A stretch of DNA of 64,000 bases from Stylophora pistillata. Lineage: Eukaryota. Position 1 is the first letter of the stretch. Each line of letters starts with the position of its first letter. The notes beneath the pieces were generated by a model. It ran no database searches, was not told the origin of the DNA, and saw only the letters and a list, made by a program, of their open reading frames with translations. Both the position numbers and the translations under genes were made by a program. Shown piece by piece: positions 58,071-64,000 of the stretch. The DNA is taken from NCBI RefSeq assembly GCF_002571385.2, contig NW_019218088.1, positions 215,218 through 279,217 on the forward strand, given 5' to 3'.

Positions 58071-58720
58071 GCAGAGAAATCAACTGAATGCTACATTCTA
58101 ATCAGGCAGCACAGGGCGAAAACCGTAATCTGTGAGCCATGGAGTAAAAAATAAATGTACATTAACTAATCCTGAAAAGCTTTTCCGTTGTGTCTACGGT
58201 CCTCCTTCTAACAGGAACTCAAACTGCTATTTTGAAAGTCCGGGCAATATTCAGCGTGCCCGAGAGCACTGCACTCTGCATCTTTCGCAGTACGTCTGTG
58301 CTTCTGCCTCCCACCAGCTCGCGCATCATGACATCCAGCTCCCGTGGCCACCCCCCGAGGGCATCCATAATGATGTTATATTGCTTCACCTCGTAGCCTG
58401 GGAACTGCTGCCTTAGTTCTCAGCGAAGGGGTCCGTACTTCAGTGTCTTTTCTTCATCCTTTCTTGTCCGATTGTTGACCCACGGGCAGCTCATTTCCAG
58501 CGCCACAACTCTCTTGCACATATGATTTACAATGCGTGCATCCACGCTATTGCATCTGACCTCTTGTTGATCAGCATATATAGAGACATCCCAATAAGCT
58601 TTAACATTCTGACATACACGGGCTTCAGCTTGTCGGGTGAGTACCAGGGTGGTATCTCGTCTATAAATTCCTCATCATACAACAGTTCGTAAAACAGTAC
58701 CTTTAGTGCTGCGTCGTGTC
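58071..58720 (-). mobile_element. 5'-truncated R4/Dong-clade non-LTR retrotransposon (restriction-like endonuclease end)
   Basis: RHDAALKVLF...YWDV...VDARIV...LEMSCPW...KDEEKTLKY...MQSAVLSGTLNIARTF*; 3' end joined to (TAA)n on the element strand. Confidence 0.8.
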
Positions 58721-58781
<61 letters not shown>

Positions 58782-58805
58782 GTTATTATTATTTTTATTA
58801 TTATT
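58721..58805. repeat. (TAA)18 followed by an inverted (TAT)n microsatellite
   Basis: Direct reading. Confidence 0.95.
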
Positions 58806-58874
58806 GACGGAAGGAGTGCAAATCTACGCCATACATTTCAGTAAACGAGGTTCAAACTCGGAATCCAAACTCAA

Positions 58875-59883
58875 GTTTTACCATACAGGTCGTGACCTAC
58901 CCACTACTACATTCAAACTTAGAGACAGTGCGGAAAAAGCAACCAACTGGTACGAATCTAATCTATTAGTTGGTAATCTTAAAAAATACCAAACCTTAAT
59001 TATTGGAAGCGACAATAACTCTGAAAATAACATCGAAGAATGTGCTATCTTAGTAAACAAAGAGAAAATCAACACGACCGCTACTCCAACTTCTCGGAGT
59101 CACAATTGACTCAAATTTTGAATTTTAATAATCACAAAAAATACTATCTGTAACAAAGCCAATCAAAGGACTGGTGAGCTTATGAGACTCTACAACTTGA
59201 TTCCAACAAATGCAAAATTACAACTTTTTAAGGCAGCCATCTACATATCTAACCTACTGCCGTCTCACATGATGGCATTTTTGTAAATCTAGGGATAGTC
59301 GCAGATTAGAGAGAGTTCGAGAAAGAGGCCTAAGGGCAGTTTTCAAAGATAAACACTCTGCCTATGAACGTTTGCTGGAGAAAGCTAATTTACCTCCGCT
59401 ATTAAACAGACGCTTACAGGATATATGCATTTTAATGTACAAAGTTAAACGCAACCTTAGCCCTTTGAATATTTGTAATATCTTTCAGAAACACAACTCT
59501 TCCTATAATTGAAGACAGGCCGACTTTTCTATTCCTAGATACAACACAATAACTTAAGGCAAATATTCACTACGCTATTTAGGACCTAAATTATGGAGTA
59601 AACTGACAACTTATGACAGATCAGCCACAACATTAGCTAGTTTCAAAAACCGCATACGTAAGCGTGACCTCAGCTCTCTATTAGATGATGGCTGCGGGGG
59701 CTGTGCTCTACGTAATTCTTAATTCATTTCATTTTTTTTTTCATGCATGATATGACTTAATTTTATTCTTAAGTAGATAATCTTTGTAAATGATGTTTAT
59801 CCATTCTTTTTTTTTTTTTTGTGTCCCCACATTAGTATGGGATATCTCCCAAACTAGTAGGTTCTTTGGCACGTTAATAAAGT

Positions 59884-59941
<58 letters not shown>
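58875..59941 (+). mobile_element. 5'-truncated, decayed CR1/L2-group LINE with a (TATC)n tail
   Basis: ATNWYESNLLVGNLKKYQ...LLGVTIDS...LERVRERGLRAVF...SLRYLGPKLW; AATAAA then (TATC)n at 59885-59941. Confidence 0.85.
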
Positions 59942-59942
<1 letters not shown>

Positions 59943-60562
59943 GTCTCATGACATTTCAACTTTCTCCTCTGACTCCATCCGGCGCCCGAAGCCGTTGAAT
60001 AGTTTTCCTCAAATTGCGTGACTCTACCAACCACGCACGTGACGTCATCCCATAAGACACGCGATTACGGTAGCTGATGTTACAAACTTCGAACATGATA
60101 TCTTCTTCACAAGACTTTACTCGAACTTTCTACCATAATTAGTTCACTTTGGGATCAAATATTTTTTCTTTTTCCCTCAACCCGAGGAAAATTTGTTTGG
60201 TAAACTCGGCCTAACCTGTACGCTGAAACATTTGACAAGATGTTACCGCAAATCAGCGAACCATCACTCTCTCGTCGCGAGACAATTACCTTCCTTGTCC
60301 TTTTCGATGGTTTTGAGCATTATCGAATTTTAAATGATGAACCAGAAGAATTTTTGGCCTAAAAAAATAGACACATCTTCCCTTAGCACTCCGAGGAACA
60401 GGTGACAGCAGATGGCGTGACATTAATCGTCGTTAAATATTTGTATGTGAAAGTACAGTATGCAAAACACGGCCGGCCCAGCCTTCTTTGTGGGTGTACC
60501 CTACAATATCAGTTTCATATTACATTCCACGCCTTGTGACTCTAGCCTCTTGAAGATTTTAA

Positions 60563-62929
60563 CCCTTTCACTCCCACCAGGGTTCTGTTGGAAACCACTC
60601 TAATTGCCCAAGGGGTGTGGGATATTATGGTTGCTTTGGGGGAGAAACTAGGGGTACCTCAACACAAAGGAAAATAACCAGAAAACTATGCATTTTTAGG
60701 AGTTGCAATGCAATAAAAGTTTATTGTATAGAGAAAGAACTTTCATATCAATATAAAATTAATGCAGTTGGAGTTTATACAAACAAGTTAACTGCGATAC
60801 AAAACTGCATTTTAAGTGATCCTCCTCATTTCAAGGTAAGTTGTGAAATATACTGGTAAAATTTCAAATTTATTCAACACTAAAAGCAGCATACTAAAGG
60901 ATTAAGAATATTATATCAATTTCTAAGATAACAAAGTGAAATACAATGCAAAAAAAATTGGCAAGTCTGGGATTTACGAGTAATTTCATTTCAAGTTTCA
61001 GAGTTCCCGTTCTCGCAAATTCGAATTTCGCGCGGTTGGTGGTCACAGGTTTGCGGAATGATGGTTCTTAAAACACGTCAAACAAATTCGAATCCCGCAC
61101 AGTTCACATCCCATTCGACAAAAAGTGTTCTTTCTGCTCTTAAGGCATCGTTTGCACCTTCCTTTGGACATTTGCACGGGCCAGTGATGAGCTTGTACAG
61201 TTCCTTCGATTGCCGTGTTTCTCTGTCGTGCCGTAAACTCGCCAATCAACCCTTCGATTAGTTCAATGCGAAATTGAAGCTGTGATAGATCGGGATGATT
61301 GTCTGCCTCCATCATTAGAATATGTGGGTTGACAATACACACATCAATGCTAAACCAAAGCAAGTAACGCCACCACTTTTCTGCGCGACGAGAGGACTCA
61401 TAATACTGCCGCTTTTGGTCGCTGAGGTCAACTCCTCCCATGTATTTGTTGTAGAGTTGCACCACAGGAACAGTTGGGACTTGGATAATTGACCCGTCCT
61501 TTTGCTTTCGAGAAACGGTCTCGTTTCCCCCAACCTGGCATTGTGTGCTTATGAAGGAAACCAATTTTTTGTCCTTCCACACGGTCGCAACAACGTCCCC
61601 TTTTCGTCGAAAGAGCGATTCGCCGCGACGAAGAGCTTTCACAGCGGCCACATTTGGCTTGAGTTGTTTTGGAAAGTCCTTTCGATTCGAACGCGTTGTT
61701 CCACAAAGGTAGAGATCATTTTCCAAAAGATCTTCTGCAAGTTTTACAGAAGTAAAGAAATGATCACAAAAGATGTGATATTTTTTCCCGTGTAGGGAAC
61801 GAACGAGGTCAGAAACGACTCGATGACCGAGGCCATGTTCGATTTCATTGCCGTGTTTTCCGGTGTAAACTTGAAATTCGCACACATAGCCATTTGTCGC
61901 ATCAGCACGAACCCAAACTTCAATACCCCTCTTCACAGGCTTGAGAGGTAGATACTGTTTAAATCCTAACCTGCCTTTGTACTTCACCATCGCTTCGTCG
62001 ATGGAAAGAAATCTCGAAGGCCGATATTTCATGCGAAAGCTGCGTGAAACGGAATCCAACAAGGGCCGCACTTTGAACAACTTGTCGTGCCTTCGATCTT
62101 CACGAGGAAAGTTGTTATCACGATTATTTAGCTTAAGGTACCTGCGTACCTTTTCAAAACGATTTCTCGGAAATATTTTCTGAACGCTTAATACCCCGAG
62201 AAACGGATTACGAGATCAGTACAGTCGAACTTCGGGCAGATGTTTTATGCCGAATAAGATGTTTACACCAATAAACGCACGTATGTCCTCTGCCGAAGTA
62301 GGATACCACTGTGGGTCTGGTTTGGTTCGCATCTCTTGGTCTGCTTTCCTGTTTGTCTCCCTGGCAAGAAGTTCGAATAATTCTTCTTCGAACATCAGCA
62401 AAAAGAAATCAAGGGCAAAACCATCCTCAGGAACTCTCCAAGTTGCTCCCGTTCTTTCACTAAATTCGGGAACTACTACTGGCGAGTCATCGGTCGTCCA
62501 CTCCGTTTCATCAGTTTCTTCTTCTCTTTCGCTCTCGCTCTCGCTCGCTGAACCGCTGTCATTCTCACTCGAAACTGACACATCAGACTCATCACTTCTT
62601 TCAAAATTTATTTCTGCTCGAACTCTCTCTACATCCTCAACTTCAAACCCAAGAAACTCTTCCTCGCCGCTATCGGACTCCATTTTGTCGACGATTTTAT
62701 CGAGCGAATTGTGAATAAAATTTGTATGCGAGCCTATTGTGTTTTTGGTATCAAGAGAAACCTTAGGGCCTCTACTATTGGCTGAATTACGGTCACGCTT
62801 TAATTCCCCTATCTATCACGAGTTATGATTGGTCAAAATATGTTTGGTTTCAGAGTGCCATATGGCACTTATGGGAAAATATGCAAATTTCTAGACGAGT
62901 GCCATATGGCACTTATGGGAGTGAAAGGG
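60563..62929 (-). mobile_element. Full-length piggyBac DNA transposon (2367 bp)
   Basis: TTAA TSD at 60559-60562 and 62930-62933; 14-bp TIR CCCTTTCACTCCCA; subterminal 24-bp direct repeats gagtgccatatggcacttatggga at the 5' end. Confidence 0.95.
61043..62683 (-). pseudogene. piggyBac transposase (PGBD4-like), one in-frame stop
   Basis: 547 codons in one frame; TGA at 62216-62218 in the YWS motif (LY*S); DDD motifs SIDEAM, FCDHFFTS, GGVDLSDQ; C-terminal Cys-rich domain. Confidence 0.9.
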
Positions 62930-62962
62930 TTAAAGTAAAACTACTTCGTTTCTTGATTGAAA

Positions 62963-63187
62963 ATGGCGGCAAATTGCGGATGGCTTTGGTCTTTCGTGTG
63001 GTTAATTGTTCTTCTAGCCCTCGCCTGGCCCCTGGGTATTTTAGCTGCGGTATTGTATGCGATATTTTCACCCTTTGCTGCATGTTGTACACAGTGTACT
63101 GACTTTAAAAACTTTCTTATGGAACGCGGCGTCAAGTTGCCCTACACAGCCGCTACTAACATGGTTCACGGACGATCTGGTTGTTAA
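62963..63187 (+). CDS. Small hydrophobic Cys-containing membrane protein (74 aa), uncharacterised
   Basis: aaaATGG start; MAANCGWLWSFVWLIVLLALAWPLGILAAVLYAIFSPFAACCTQCTDFKNFLMERGVKLPYTAATNMVHGRSGC. Pattern W..W...WP...Y....PF..C...LP....NM recalls an unnamed invertebrate family (recall, not a search). Confidence 0.65.
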   Translation: MAANCGWLWSFVWLIVLLALAWPLGILAAVLYAIFSPFAACCTQCTDFKNFLMERGVKLPYTAATNMVHGRSGC

Positions 63188-64000
63188 GTTCTTGTTCTGG
63201 AGTGTAAAAATCGCCGAAAGACTGATCCTTCTTTCCAAGACGTTTCCAGGTCGTTGTGTAGTTTGTTTGAACAGAGTGCAAGAAGTCACGAACATGGAAG
63301 AAACACAGCAACCACTTTCAATTCTCTACTTTCCTTTGTTTCCAGTTGATTACTGTACCTGCAAATCATAATTTCCAAGACGAACTCTACCCAAGCTGTA
63401 ACAAGGAAAACATCTTCCGCCGCTATGACCTTCGAACTGCCACAATAAAGTAGATGAATCTACGGATTTCTTGATTTCTAATATTTCCATGTATTTCTTT
63501 ATCCGTGTGAATGGCTTCTGTTGTGGGTTAGACGACAGTTGAAAGGAATGATTGTTAAATTTACGTAGAGAGATGATTCTCACTCGTGTTCAGGCTGTAG
63601 GTACAAAGAACAATTACCATGATAGTTTCATTACGAGAGTAAAATTCTGTTGTTTATTTTGTATTATGTTGATATTCAAGGTTGAACATAAAATGAAGTT
63701 TTAATTATTCCACTTTCTGTTTGATTCGCAACTTCCGGTTTTACTATCACCTTACATTATACAAGCAAAGGAGTTGCCTCAATTTTTAAGGATGAGTTTG
63801 CAAAACCTGTTTCTTGTATGGTTCTATTTCTCCAAATGTTCAACATATCAGCTTGGATGTAAAATAAATGAATGCATCTCAAAAACCAACCTTTCATCTG
63901 AAATTCAGTTTTAATCAAGTGTGGTTAAGTGTCACTGTTTTTGAAACGATCTTATCTTGTTGTGAGCTTTCCACAAAAAAATGACCTACCAATTGTTTGT

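Overview
Eukaryotic, AT-rich animal genomic DNA with spliceosomal GT-AG introns. The repeat types suggest a cnidarian, probably a scleractinian coral (inference). Positions 1-30 kb hold a minus-strand tandem array of CUB-domain genes. One copy is apparently intact (22461-29744): signal peptide, 3 CUB domains, a TM helix and a Pro/Tyr-rich tail with PPxY and PSAP motifs. The rest are orphan, truncated or stop-containing paralogous exons. All assembly gaps fall in this array, and part of it looks mis-scaffolded. Downstream are an 8-exon centrin (-), an atypical acidic FGF lacking a signal peptide (+), an intronless myosin essential light chain-like gene (+), and a near-intact piggyBac (TTAA TSD, one nonsense codon) inserted about 30 bp upstream of a 74-aa hydrophobic ORF. 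Mobile-element debris includes CR1/L2 LINEs, a Dong/R4 element in a (TAA)n tract, a split ISL2EU transposase, a decayed NHL-propeller plus P-transposase-like ORF, an LTR, tRNA-derived SINEs, Penelope hammerhead-type ends and MITEs with 5-, 6- and 7-bp TSDs. All family assignments come from motif recognition by eye; no database searches were run.
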